DNA from: Dehalococcoidia bacterium
GTDB taxonomy: Bacteria; Chloroflexota; Dehalococcoidia; UBA6926
Direction: 5' to 3'
DNA length: 64,000 nucleotides
NCBI GenBank assembly: GCA_963666115.2
Contig: CAXXET010000004.1
Span: 205,247 to 269,246, forward strand
Below are positions 1 through 8,533 of the stretch, in pieces. The stretch's first letter is position 1. Each line of letters starts with the position of its first letter. A model generated the notes under the pieces. That model was given only the letters and a program-made list of their open reading frames with translations, was not told the origin of the DNA and did not search any database. The position numbers and the translations under genes are program-made.

Positions 1-107
1 AGCGCAGCCGAAGAATCCAACCGCGAAATGATGCCTTAAACTCCCATGCCTACCGAATGTTCGCGTCGTGGCATTTATACAGACATTCGCGTCATGAACA
101 TCTGAGA

Positions 108-377
108 CTAGATCCTGTCCTCGTACATGTCTTCGCGCCGCATGCTCAGGTCTTTGGGCCACGACCCCGCACTATGAACAGGCCAAAACTCATCCAAATC
201 CAGCTTCCGCCTGCCCTTCTCCCCGTCCTGTTGCTCTCTATCCTGCACGGCCTGCCCAACCACCTCCGCCGACCGCACAACGACTTCGACAGTCTCCCCC
301 ACCGGAAGCCCCGCGTCCGCCACCTCGATCCTGCCCCCCGGCAAAACCTCCGCCGTCAAACGCAATTCCAGCGCCAT
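108..377 (-). CDS. AbrB/SpoVT-like antitoxin-type small protein (orphan, or partner of a gene beyond the window edge)
   Basis: ORF 108..419. The likely start is MALELRL (377), because codons 1-14 are encoded by a repeat copy (391..418). GRIEV...LPVGETVEVVV plus the C-terminal WPKDLSMRREDMYEDR resemble swapped-hairpin antitoxins that accompany PIN toxins. Confidence 0.5.
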   Translation of the reverse strand: MALELRLTAEVLPGGRIEVADAGLPVGETVEVVVRSAEVVGQAVQDREQQDGEKGRRKLDLDEFWPVHSAGSWPKDLSMRREDMYEDRI

Positions 378-390
378 ATCGAACAACCCT

Positions 391-418
391 CCGCCACCCA
401 TTCTAACGGGTATGGCCA
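391..418. repeat. Repeat family D, copy 1 (core ccacccattctaacgggtatggcca)
   Basis: The 25-nt core at 394..418 is identical to 1250..1274. Confidence 0.8.
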
Positions 419-419
419 T

Positions 420-863
420 TTAGCGTGGCACCGCCCACTCGCCAATCAAGTGGACGTTGCCTGCGCTTTCTGCTGCGCGGTGGAACCTCCGGTCCGCAGT
501 CCACAGTTCGCAGCCGAACTCTTCGGCCAGCGCCAGGTAATGGGCATCGTAGGATGCGCCCTGCTGGAGTTCGCTTGCCAACTCCAGGGCTCTTAAGTGA
601 AGCTGCGCCGACTGATACAGTTCAAGCGGTGGCCCAAGCAGCTGCGCCATCATGTGGTCGGTTTCGCTGAGCCTCAGTTGGCCGCGCACGACCCTCCTAT
701 GAAGTGTGTTGGTCACCTCAAACGGCATAAGATACGGGGCTGCAAGCCGTATATCCTGATCTTCCCAAGACCGGAGGAGCGCGTGGGCCTTGTCGGAGTC
801 TTCTTCCTCAATCAGCCACTTAACCGCCAAGCTCGCATCGACGACGACGACCCCGTTCATCAC
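420..863 (-). CDS. PIN-domain ribonuclease, VapC-type toxin
   Basis: The N-terminal VVVDASLAVKW, the internal acidic residues and the C-terminal LWTADRRF are typical PIN signatures. The start overlaps the stop of the upstream RHH gene (GTGATG at 858..863). Confidence 0.8.
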   Translation of the reverse strand: MMNGVVVVDASLAVKWLIEEEDSDKAHALLRSWEDQDIRLAAPYLMPFEVTNTLHRRVVRGQLRLSETDHMMAQLLGPPLELYQSAQLHLRALELASELQQGASYDAHYLALAEEFGCELWTADRRFHRAAESAGNVHLIGEWAVPR

Positions 864-1150
864 CAGTCCGCGCTCTCGGCCTCTCGGATCGCGCGGGCCT
901 CGTGGAGCAAATCGACGGAGTTTCCAGGGAGGGGCTTGCCGCCAAAGTACTTCTGCCGCAGTTCCGCGAACCGCACATGGGCGGGACGGTCGTCAATTTC
1001 GCCTTTCGCCTCGTCTTGCGCCAGGGCGTTGTCTATCGCGGCCTCGCAGTACTGGCGCATGCTGACGCCCTTACGCGTCGTAACGGCTTTCAGCCGCTGC
1101 TGGAACTCGGCGTCCACGTCCAGGGAGAGTCTCTTTTTCTTGGTGGTCAT
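860..1150 (-). CDS. Ribbon-helix-helix antitoxin (VapB-like)
   Basis: Start taken at MTTKKKRLSLDVDAEFQQRLKAVTTRKGVSMRQYCEAAI (ATG 1148..1150). The pattern is RHH/CopG-like. The gene is translationally coupled to the PIN gene. Confidence 0.65.
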   Translation of the reverse strand: MTTKKKRLSLDVDAEFQQRLKAVTTRKGVSMRQYCEAAIDNALAQDEAKGEIDDRPAHVRFAELRQKYFGGKPLPGNSVDLLHEARAIREAESADW

Positions 1151-1197
1151 CGTCTTTAGCGCTCCTATGTGGACAGTGTAGCAGGGTTTTACGGCTT

Positions 1198-1360
1198 CGC
1201 CCTTCGACGGGTGCCTGCCCTCCTGCCCGCCATCATGCACAACCATCCACCACCCATTCTAACGGGTATGGCCACTTCAAGGGGGGCTGACGGCGACACC
1301 CAAAACCTGTAGGGGCGGTTCGCGAACCGCCCCCCCGCTCGTCCTGAGCCTGTCGAAGGA
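1198..1360. repeat. Mosaic repeat cluster: half A + D (1247..1274) + C palindrome (1307..1336) + A (1337..1360)
   Basis: It contains cccttcgacgggtg, then the D core, then gtaggggcggttcgcgaaccgcccc, then cctgagcctgtcgaagg. Each module recurs elsewhere in the window. Confidence 0.8.
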
Positions 1361-1456
1361 TGCGGGGCGTGCGCGCGAAAGCGAGAACGTTTATCGTGAA
1401 TCACACACAACCGTCAACACGCCTGCCAGCATCGAGAATGGAGCGCGCCCCCTGCC

Positions 1457-2386
1457 ATGCCCCCAACCGCCCTGCCCGCCCCCCCGTCCCCCACGGCCCT
1501 CTTGCAGAAACTGCGCGACGGCGAGTTCGTCACGACGGTGGAGGTCCACCCGCCGCGCGGATTCGCCTTTGAGCGGACGCTGGAGAGCCTCAACAACCTT
1601 TTAAAGCGCGTTCGCGTCGATGCGTTCAACGCCACCGATGTTCCCCTCGCGCAGGCCCGCATGAGCGCAATCGCCCTCAGCGTCCTCCTCCAGCGCCAAA
1701 CCGGCGTCGAGGCAATCCTCCACACCGGCACCCGCAACCGCAACGTCCTCGCCCTCCACTCCGATCTCATCGGCGCCCACGCCCTCAACGTCCGCAACGT
1801 CTTCGTCTTCCACGGCGACAACCCCGCAATGGGCGACTACCCCCACGCCAGCAGCCTGTCCGACATCACGTCATCCCGCCTGATCAACATCCTGAGCCGC
1901 CTCAACGCGGGCGAGGAGGTCGCGGGACACACGCTGCCGGAGCCTGCCTCATTCGCCATCGCCTGCGCCCTCACCCCGAACACGCCCCGCGTGGACGATG
2001 AGCTTGCCAGCCTGAACCGCAAGATCGACGCGGGCGCGCACTACATCATCACCCAGACCGTCTTCGATGCCGGGCCCGTCCGCCGCTTCCATGACCTGCT
2101 CGGCGGCTTCCCGCTGCCCGTCGTCCTCAGCGTCCTGCCCCTGCAGAGCGCGCGCCACGCGGAGTTCCTCCACAACAATGTCCCCGGCATGATAATTCCC
2201 GAATCCGTCCGCCGGCGTCTGCACGGCGCGGGAGAGAACGGACGCGCGGAGGGCGCAGCCATCGCGCGGGAGCTGATCGAGGAAACGCGCGGCATGATCG
2301 CCGGCGTCTACATGGTGCCCTCGTTCGGACGCTACGACGTCGTCGCGGACGTCCTGGACGGCGATGCGCCGGTTACAGGTGCATGA
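1457..2386 (+). CDS. metF: Methylenetetrahydrofolate reductase family protein
   Basis: 309-aa ORF. The FVTTVEVHPPRG start and overall length and pattern match the MTHFR TIM-barrel family. Confidence 0.75.
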   Translation: MPPTALPAPPSPTALLQKLRDGEFVTTVEVHPPRGFAFERTLESLNNLLKRVRVDAFNATDVPLAQARMSAIALSVLLQRQTGVEAILHTGTRNRNVLALHSDLIGAHALNVRNVFVFHGDNPAMGDYPHASSLSDITSSRLINILSRLNAGEEVAGHTLPEPASFAIACALTPNTPRVDDELASLNRKIDAGAHYIITQTVFDAGPVRRFHDLLGGFPLPVVLSVLPLQSARHAEFLHNNVPGMIIPESVRRRLHGAGENGRAEGAAIARELIEETRGMIAGVYMVPSFGRYDVVADVLDGDAPVTGA

Positions 2387-2888
2387 GCGCGTGGATCGGA
2401 TAATCGCCCAGTTTGTCGCGCCCGTTGAGGTCCGTCAGTTCGATCAGGACCGTCGCCCCAACCGTCACCCCGCCCGCCTTGTGAACCAGGTCTTCCGCCG
2501 CCTTGAGCGTCCCGCCCGTCGCGAGCAGATCGTCAACCAGGACGACGCGCTGCCCCGGCTGGATGCCGTCCTCATGAATCTCGACCGCCGTTGATCCGTA
2601 CTCCAGCGCGTACTCCACGCTGATTGTCTTATGGGGCAGCTTGCCGACCTTGCGAACGGGCGTGAACGGCACGTCCAGCGCCCGCGCCATCGGCGCGCCG
2701 AACAGGTAGCCCCGCGCCTCAACGGCAACGATCACGTCCAGCGGCATCGTTCCCGCAGCCTGTGTCATGCTGTCGATGGCCCAGGCGAACGCATCCGGGT
2801 CATGGAGGAGCGGCGTGATGTCGCGGAACAGGATTCCCTCCTCGGGAAAATCCGGTACCTCGCGAATCAGGCGCTCATAGCTCGTCAT
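2373..2888 (-). CDS. apt: Adenine phosphoribosyltransferase
   Basis: 171 aa. IREVPDFPEEGILFRDITPLL and the PRPP-binding VVLVDDLLATGGT motif are present. Confidence 0.9.
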   Translation of the reverse strand: MTSYERLIREVPDFPEEGILFRDITPLLHDPDAFAWAIDSMTQAAGTMPLDVIVAVEARGYLFGAPMARALDVPFTPVRKVGKLPHKTISVEYALEYGSTAVEIHEDGIQPGQRVVLVDDLLATGGTLKAAEDLVHKAGGVTVGATVLIELTDLNGRDKLGDYPIHALMHL

Positions 2889-3017
2889 GCGTCCCCCCCT
2901 GTATCATCTATCCTGTCACGACTTGGATTCCGCTAACAAGGCTTAAAATCGCTTAAACTCCGATAACAACGTCTACAATGTGATTTTTGTAACAGCCAAG
3001 TGAGTGGGGGTGCGGCC

Positions 3018-4391
3018 ATGACACAGATAGCGCAAGACGACACGAAGTGGGCTGCGGCGGTGCTGGCAGCCGGCCGGGGGACGCGAATGCGCACAACCCT
3101 CCCAAAGCCCCTCCACCCCATAGCCGGCCTCCCCATCATCCGGCGAATCCTGGCCGCTGTTGCTGACGCGGGCATTGACGACACGACGATTGTTCGCGAT
3201 GCCTCCCCCGCCCTGCCCTCCGCTCTCGGCCTTATCCACCGCTACGTCACCCAGCCCGTGACCAACGGCACAGGAGGCGCATTAAAGGCGGTGCTAGCCG
3301 ACGCCAACCACGATTTCCGCTCTCTGCTCGTCCTTAACGCCGATTTGCCTCTGATTACTTCTGAATCCCTAACGATTCTCAAAAATGCTCATGAATCAGT
3401 CGACGCCGCCGCCGTCACATTCCTGACGACACAGACACCCCCAACCAACCAAACAGGCCGCGTCCTTCGAGGTCCGGACGGCGCGCCGCAGGACATCGTA
3501 GAACCCGCCGACCCCCGCCACGCGGACGCCCCGCCGGAGGCCAACGCGGGCGTCTACGCCCTGGACGCCGCATGGGCGCGAACAGCCGCCAACCGCCTCC
3601 CCCTCCATGAAAACGGCGAGTATTACATCACGGACCTCATCAAGCTCGCCGTAGCAGACGGACACGCCGTGCAGACACTCGCCATCGACACCGAAGAGGC
3701 CATCGGCGTGAACACCCTAATTGACCTCGCCCAGGCGGAACAGCTCGCGCGCCGCCGAACGCTGGAAAGGCTCATGCTCTCAGGCGTCATCATCCGCGAT
3801 CCGGCATCAACCTACATCGATGACACCGTAACCATCGCCCCGGACACCGTCATCCACCCGAATACGCACGTCTACGGCGCATCCGCCATTGCGGGAAGCT
3901 GCGAGATCGGGCCAGATTCGCGCGTGGTTGACTCGGTGATCGGAGAGCGGTGCGTCGTGCGGGGCTCGTGGCTGGACGGCGTGACAATCGAGGCGAGCGT
4001 GAGCGTCGGTCCGTTCGCTCGACTGCGCCCCGGAACCCACGTCGGCGCGGACGCCCATATTGGCAGCTTCGGGGAAATCAAGGAGAGCCGGATCGGCAGC
4101 CGCACAGCGATGGGTCATTTCGGCTACGTGGGCGACGCCAACATCGGCGAGGACGTGAACATCGGCGCGGGCGCGGTGACGTGCAATTTCGACGGCCAGG
4201 ACAAGCACAGGACGATAGTCGACAACGGTGCATTCATCGGGAGCGGGAGCATGTTGGTTGCGCCGGTGCAAATCGGGGCGCAGGCGTACACGGCGGCGGG
4301 GGCCGTCGTCACGCGCAACGTGGCAGAGGGAACAACGGTTGCGGGCGTTCCGGCGAAGGCGGTCAGGCGCCCTTCGACAAGCTCAGGGTGA
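3018..4391 (+). CDS. glmU: Bifunctional GlcNAc-1-phosphate uridyltransferase / glucosamine-1-phosphate acetyltransferase
   Basis: It has an LAAGRGTRM nucleotidyltransferase motif and C-terminal left-handed beta-helix hexapeptide repeats. ATG 3018 is preferred over GTG 3000 (GGGGGTG lies upstream). The last ~7 codons lie in repeat copy 4370..4396. Confidence 0.9.
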   Translation: MTQIAQDDTKWAAAVLAAGRGTRMRTTLPKPLHPIAGLPIIRRILAAVADAGIDDTTIVRDASPALPSALGLIHRYVTQPVTNGTGGALKAVLADANHDFRSLLVLNADLPLITSESLTILKNAHESVDAAAVTFLTTQTPPTNQTGRVLRGPDGAPQDIVEPADPRHADAPPEANAGVYALDAAWARTAANRLPLHENGEYYITDLIKLAVADGHAVQTLAIDTEEAIGVNTLIDLAQAEQLARRRTLERLMLSGVIIRDPASTYIDDTVTIAPDTVIHPNTHVYGASAIAGSCEIGPDSRVVDSVIGERCVVRGSWLDGVTIEASVSVGPFARLRPGTHVGADAHIGSFGEIKESRIGSRTAMGHFGYVGDANIGEDVNIGAGAVTCNFDGQDKHRTIVDNGAFIGSGSMLVAPVQIGAQAYTAAGAVVTRNVAEGTTVAGVPAKAVRRPSTSSG

Positions 4392-4396
4392 ACGGG
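4370..4396. repeat. Repeat family A copy (cccttcgacaagctcagggtgaacggg)
   Basis: Near-identical to 8500..8526 and 19578..19606. It overlaps the glmU stop codon. Confidence 0.8.
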
Positions 4397-5170
4397 TTAG
4401 GCGAGGAGGGTGATTAGGGCGCCGGCTGTTATGGCGATTCCGGCGGCGGCGACGAACGGGGCGAGGGTGACGCGGCTCGCCCATGCAAGGATGGCGCGGA
4501 TGACAACGGCGCCGACGGCCGCCGCCGTCACCACCGCGACAACAGCAGGCCAGCCGCCGATCGTGTCGGACGTGCTCGCCGCCAAAACCCCCGCCCCGAT
4601 GCTCGCCGGGATGCCCATGAGCACGCTGAGGACGACGGCCTCGCGGTGGCTGCAATCGCGCGCGAGGAGCACGGCGACGGTCAGCCCCGTGCGGCTGAGG
4701 CCGGGGATGACGGCCAGCGCCTGCGCGACACCGGCGATGACGGCATCCGCGAGAGTAACATCATCCCTGCCCCGTTCGCCCTCCCACAGTCCACAGCGGA
4801 TGATGAATGCGGTGGCAAGCATGGCCACCCCCACAACCAACATCGCCGCACCCCCCAAGAGATCGGCAAGCTCCCCCAACAAGAAATAGACCGGCACACC
4901 AACAACCGCAGTAACCGCCGTGCTTATCCCAAGGAACCGAAGGGGCGCGCCCATAGAATCGCGCATCACCGACGTGACCTCCCGCCTCATCGCGATGACC
5001 GCAGACAGCGCCGTCCCACCATGCAGCCACAACCCAATCGCGATAGCATCCGAGGGGGATGCCTCATCGATCCACGTCGCGGCAAGGGCGACAACGCCCT
5101 GCGAACTGACGGGAATCCACTCAGTGATTCCCTGGATGATGCCAAGAAGAAAGGCAGACGCGTTGGACAT
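4397..5170 (-). CDS. uppP: Undecaprenyl-diphosphate phosphatase
   Basis: 257-aa polytopic membrane protein with the GIIQGITEWIPVSSQG signature of BacA/UppP. Confidence 0.85.
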   Translation of the reverse strand: MSNASAFLLGIIQGITEWIPVSSQGVVALAATWIDEASPSDAIAIGLWLHGGTALSAVIAMRREVTSVMRDSMGAPLRFLGISTAVTAVVGVPVYFLLGELADLLGGAAMLVVGVAMLATAFIIRCGLWEGERGRDDVTLADAVIAGVAQALAVIPGLSRTGLTVAVLLARDCSHREAVVLSVLMGIPASIGAGVLAASTSDTIGGWPAVVAVVTAAAVGAVVIRAILAWASRVTLAPFVAAAGIAITAGALITLLA

Positions 5171-5243
5171 GTAGGCACTAGATGATTGTAGGAGGCTTGG
5201 TGAGCCTGTCCGGCATTACAGAGGCAGGCATTTGGCAGTTGGG

Positions 5244-6593
5244 CTAAGCCGTGTCTGGCGGAATTGGCGGTGCCCAAAGCCCCAGTTGGGCGTTCACAAG
5301 ACTATCGACAACTGTTTCGGAACCAAGCTCGCCTCTTGCAACAAGCAAGTGTTGGCGCAGGAGTTGATGCAGATCTACATAAACTGCTCCAGCAATCTCG
5401 GCAGCCTCTCTAACGTTGGAGTCCGGCTTAGGTCGGATGGCCGGGTCTAAATTGCGGTGCGGATTGGCAACCCACAGAGTCAGTTGCGGCGGATGGCCCT
5501 CCTCGCTGCTGTACCGATCGCGGTATTCCCTGATTTGGCGGGTGTCACTCGTCCTCGGACCATTCACATAACCCTTAACTTCGACTATAGCTTCCCAATT
5601 CGGAACTCCATTGTGCGTGAGCCGCAGGTCTTCACGTTTAGGTTTTCCCACTTTCAAGTCCGCATCCATGTCTCGGACATTGAAGCCAATGCCGGATAGA
5701 ATCTCATTGACTGCGGATGTCAGCGCCTCTCCGTCTTCCCAAAGAGCGCTCCGTATCCCTTGGTCAGCTCTTTGAGTTTCCGCAGCCAGCAAAGTTTCAA
5801 TCTCATCGCGTTCGGCAATCAGAGCGGCGATACTTGAATCGATGTCCATAATCCGGTTCGCAAGATTGTGTTCTTCTGGTGTGTGCAAGTCCACCTGCTT
5901 ACTGAGGCGAGGCGGCGTTTCAGGAACCCGGGTGGGGTCACTCTCATGTACATCTGCGAGGAATGCCCGAAACCATGCCGCGAGGCTGGAGACTGTTGGA
6001 AGTAGGAGCGCAACCGGTTGAGCCGAAATACCTGCCGGTGCGTCATTCCGCTTAGGTAATGCGATCCTCATTGCCACAGCGTTCCCAGAAGTTGTTATTA
6101 TCAGCGGGCTTGAAAGTTTCCTAGATGTCCTGATGATTCCCGGTGGTATGTTGGATGCCCTGAATTTGCTGACTAGCTCAGTAGCCAACTCGTTGTACGG
6201 ATCCGGGCATGAGTCACTAATTGACATCTCACGCTCTGTATTGCGTCCGAGAGAAGCCTGATGGTTCAGCTCGCTAAGTCCCGTGCTGTCTCGGTACTTG
6301 TCCTCCCAGGCGAAATTCCACCCTTCAACCGCCAGCATGCTGACACCTGGACTAACGTAACTCGTCTGCGATCTATCGGGCAACCGCAAGAAGTTCTTAA
6401 CTAACAACACGTCCGTCTCTTTCCAGCTATACTCACTCAGGTAGGCATCCAAGCTGGCTGCCCGCCGGGGCGTCCCACAGAGCGCCATGATCGACTCCCA
6501 TTCAGAGTCATCCAGCCCGATCACAGCTACTCTCGGCCGCTTTACTGTCGCCACAATGATTCTCCACTTTCTTTCGCTTACCCCACACGCCAC
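5244..6593 (-). CDS. Hypothetical protein with a coiled-coil segment and a C-terminal PD-(D/E)xK nuclease-like motif
   Basis: 449-aa ORF in an AT-richer patch. The C-terminal region ...GFNVRDMD...REDLRLTHNG..WEAIVEVKGY has the D...E-x-K arrangement of restriction-endonuclease-fold proteins. I recognise no family for the N-terminal 250 aa. An alternative GTG start at 6554 is preceded by AAGTGGAGA. Confidence 0.55.
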   Translation of the reverse strand: MACGVSERKWRIIVATVKRPRVAVIGLDDSEWESIMALCGTPRRAASLDAYLSEYSWKETDVLLVKNFLRLPDRSQTSYVSPGVSMLAVEGWNFAWEDKYRDSTGLSELNHQASLGRNTEREMSISDSCPDPYNELATELVSKFRASNIPPGIIRTSRKLSSPLIITTSGNAVAMRIALPKRNDAPAGISAQPVALLLPTVSSLAAWFRAFLADVHESDPTRVPETPPRLSKQVDLHTPEEHNLANRIMDIDSSIAALIAERDEIETLLAAETQRADQGIRSALWEDGEALTSAVNEILSGIGFNVRDMDADLKVGKPKREDLRLTHNGVPNWEAIVEVKGYVNGPRTSDTRQIREYRDRYSSEEGHPPQLTLWVANPHRNLDPAIRPKPDSNVREAAEIAGAVYVDLHQLLRQHLLVARGELGSETVVDSLVNAQLGLWAPPIPPDTA

Positions 6594-8388
6594 ATCAGCA
6601 TTTTACTCAATATTGGCCTTTGCCGCAGAAGGGGGGAGGGTTCTGGCGAATGGTGCTTCCGTCGCTTGCGCAGATCAAGATTCCCGTTTTCGCGGGAATG
6701 ATGGAGGAGGTTATGACCCTTCGACACACTCGGGGTGAAACGGGCGGCTAGAGGAGGGGGCTCGGAACGGCGAGATTGGGCACGCCGTTGCCGCGGCGCG
6801 CGGCGGAACGTGGGGGACTGGGAGAGGCCGAGCTGGGGGATGGCGGGGCCGTTGCCGTTCAGGATGTCCTCAACGGTGGCGATTTGGACGCGCGGGAATT
6901 GGCGATCCGGGAATGCCTCCGGCACGTAGAATCCGGCGGCGGTGGCTTCGTCGGTCATTGGCCTGGTGGGCGGCTCTAGGGTGATGAGCAGGCCCATCTC
7001 CGCGTTCTCACGCTCCATGTCGCCCTTGAGGGTGGCGATGACGTTGCGGCCAACCTGCCCGCTCTTGACCTGGACAATGACGGTTTTGGCCTTGCCGGAG
7101 TTATCGTCGAAGAAGTTGATGTAGCCGTCGACGCCGGAGTCTGCGCCCTTGCGCCGCTCATTTGCGGGACGCGCCCTCTACCAAGCCAAGCGCCCAATAC
7201 TCGAACTGGTAGCGGCCCGTGTTGCCGCCCTCAAGTGAGAGGGCGCGGGCGCTCTCCGTGTCTGCGGGCGAGCCAACGACCTCATAGTCGGACAGGTCAT
7301 CGCCGAACGAGTCGCGCAGGCGGCTCTTCATCAGGGATATGGCGAGATGGGTAACGTCGATGCCGATCCATTTGCGGTTGAGCCGCTCGGCGACAGCGAT
7401 GGCGGTGCCGCAGCCGCAGAACGGATCAAGGACAACATCGCCCTCGTTGCTGGACGCGGAGATGATGCGTTCAAGAAGAGCCTCGGGCTTTTGGGTGGGG
7501 TAGCCGAGGCGTTCTTTGGCTTGTGGATTAATCGGTGGAATGTCCGACCACAACTCATGCGCAGCTTGGCCGTCTAGCTCATCAAGAAACCGCTTCAGTT
7601 GCGGAATCCTACTACCAGTGTAGATGCGCCCTTCTTGCTCCAACTGAAGCATCCGCTCCTGAGTGAATCGCCATGGCTTGGTGATTCCGTGAAACTCATA
7701 CACAGGCCCTCGGCCTGCAGGCGGATTGAGGTTGTCCAACCTGAATTGGCGACCATCTTCGTCAGAGTGCCGGAACTTTGAGTTCACATACTCATCTGAG
7801 AATGGCACGCGTTGCTGGTTAAAGACGTGTTGGCTGCTGCGGCTGTAGTACAGGATCCTGTCGCTGACCCTGCCGAATCGCTTAGCATCCGCATGAAAAT
7901 TGAATCGCTTCCACGTAATCTCGTTGCGGAAATTATCTTGCCCGAAGACGGCGTCCATGAGGAGCTTGAGGTAGTGGGCTGGCGGTGGGGTCGCAGTGGA
8001 GGTAGATGCTGCCCGTCGGCTTGAGGACGCGGTGCAGCTCCACCATCCGCGGGGCCATCATGGTCAGGTAAGCCATCATGTCGTTCTGGCCGAGGAACGT
8101 CCGCATGGCCTGGAGCATGTCCGCGAGACGCTTGGGGCCGCTCGTGACGACCTGCTGGTAGGCCCATTCGGCCTCCGTGCTCCAGTGCCACGTGTCGTCG
8201 AATGCCTGGATTTGGGCGGCGGACTCGCTGCTGTCGTGCTCGCGGAAAAGGACGTTGTACGTCGCGTTGGAGTTGAACGGCGGATCGAGGTAGATGAGAT
8301 CGACGCTCTCATCGGGGACGTGCTCCCGCATGATGGGGAGGTTGTCTCCGAAGTGGAGGCGGTTGCGCCAATCGGTTGGGGTGGTCAT
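6578..8388 (-). pseudogene. N4/N6 DNA methyltransferase fused to a C-terminal Mrr-type restriction-endonuclease domain, interrupted by two +1 frameshifts
   Basis: Three consecutive minus-strand ORFs in different frames make up one gene. 7933..8388 carries DPPF and ...[10 protein letters not shown]. 7158..7958 carries MDAVFG..NEITWKR...DPFCGCGT. The open frame through 6578..7170 carries [18 protein letters not shown]...VQVKSG. The family-typical junctions LHCDPTAS|[12 protein letters not shown] and LVE|[10 protein letters not shown] are restored by deleting one base in CCC/GGG runs at about 7977..7979 and 7174..7176. Confidence 0.8.
6678..6744. repeat. Mosaic repeat: family B hairpin (6678..6704) + family A (6715..6744)
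   Basis: It contains agattcccgttttcgcgggaatgatgg and gacccttcgacacactcggggtgaaacggg. Confidence 0.75.
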
Positions 8389-8499
8389 GGGGTAATGATA
8401 ACGGGCTGAGAGACGGCGGCGCTATACGCCGTGACGGCCCCCGCCTACGCAGGGGAGTCGGAGGGGGCGGGGTATGATTGAAGGAGTCGGAGAGAGGTA

Positions 8500-8526
8500 C
8501 CCTTCGACAGGCTCAAGGTGAACGGG
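8500..8526. repeat. Repeat family A copy
   Basis: cccttcgacaggctcaaggtgaacggg, immediately upstream of glmS. Confidence 0.8.
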
Positions 8527-8533
8527 GGAGGTG

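Noticed and set aside
1-107. Possible 5' part of a second PIN toxin gene on the minus strand (frame reading LVSDVHDANVCINATTR).
   Set aside because: There is no ATG/GTG/TTG start in that frame near the antitoxin stop, and the fragment is too short to judge.
7174-7979. Phase variation as the cause of the methyltransferase frameshifts.
   Set aside because: The affected homopolymers are only 3 nt long, whereas phase-variable tracts are typically much longer. Decay or local sequencing error is more plausible.
8389-8530. Possible glmS ribozyme upstream of glmS.
   Set aside because: I could not find the conserved glmS ribozyme core blocks. The leader is largely occupied by a family A repeat copy. 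A covariance-model scan would be needed to be certain.
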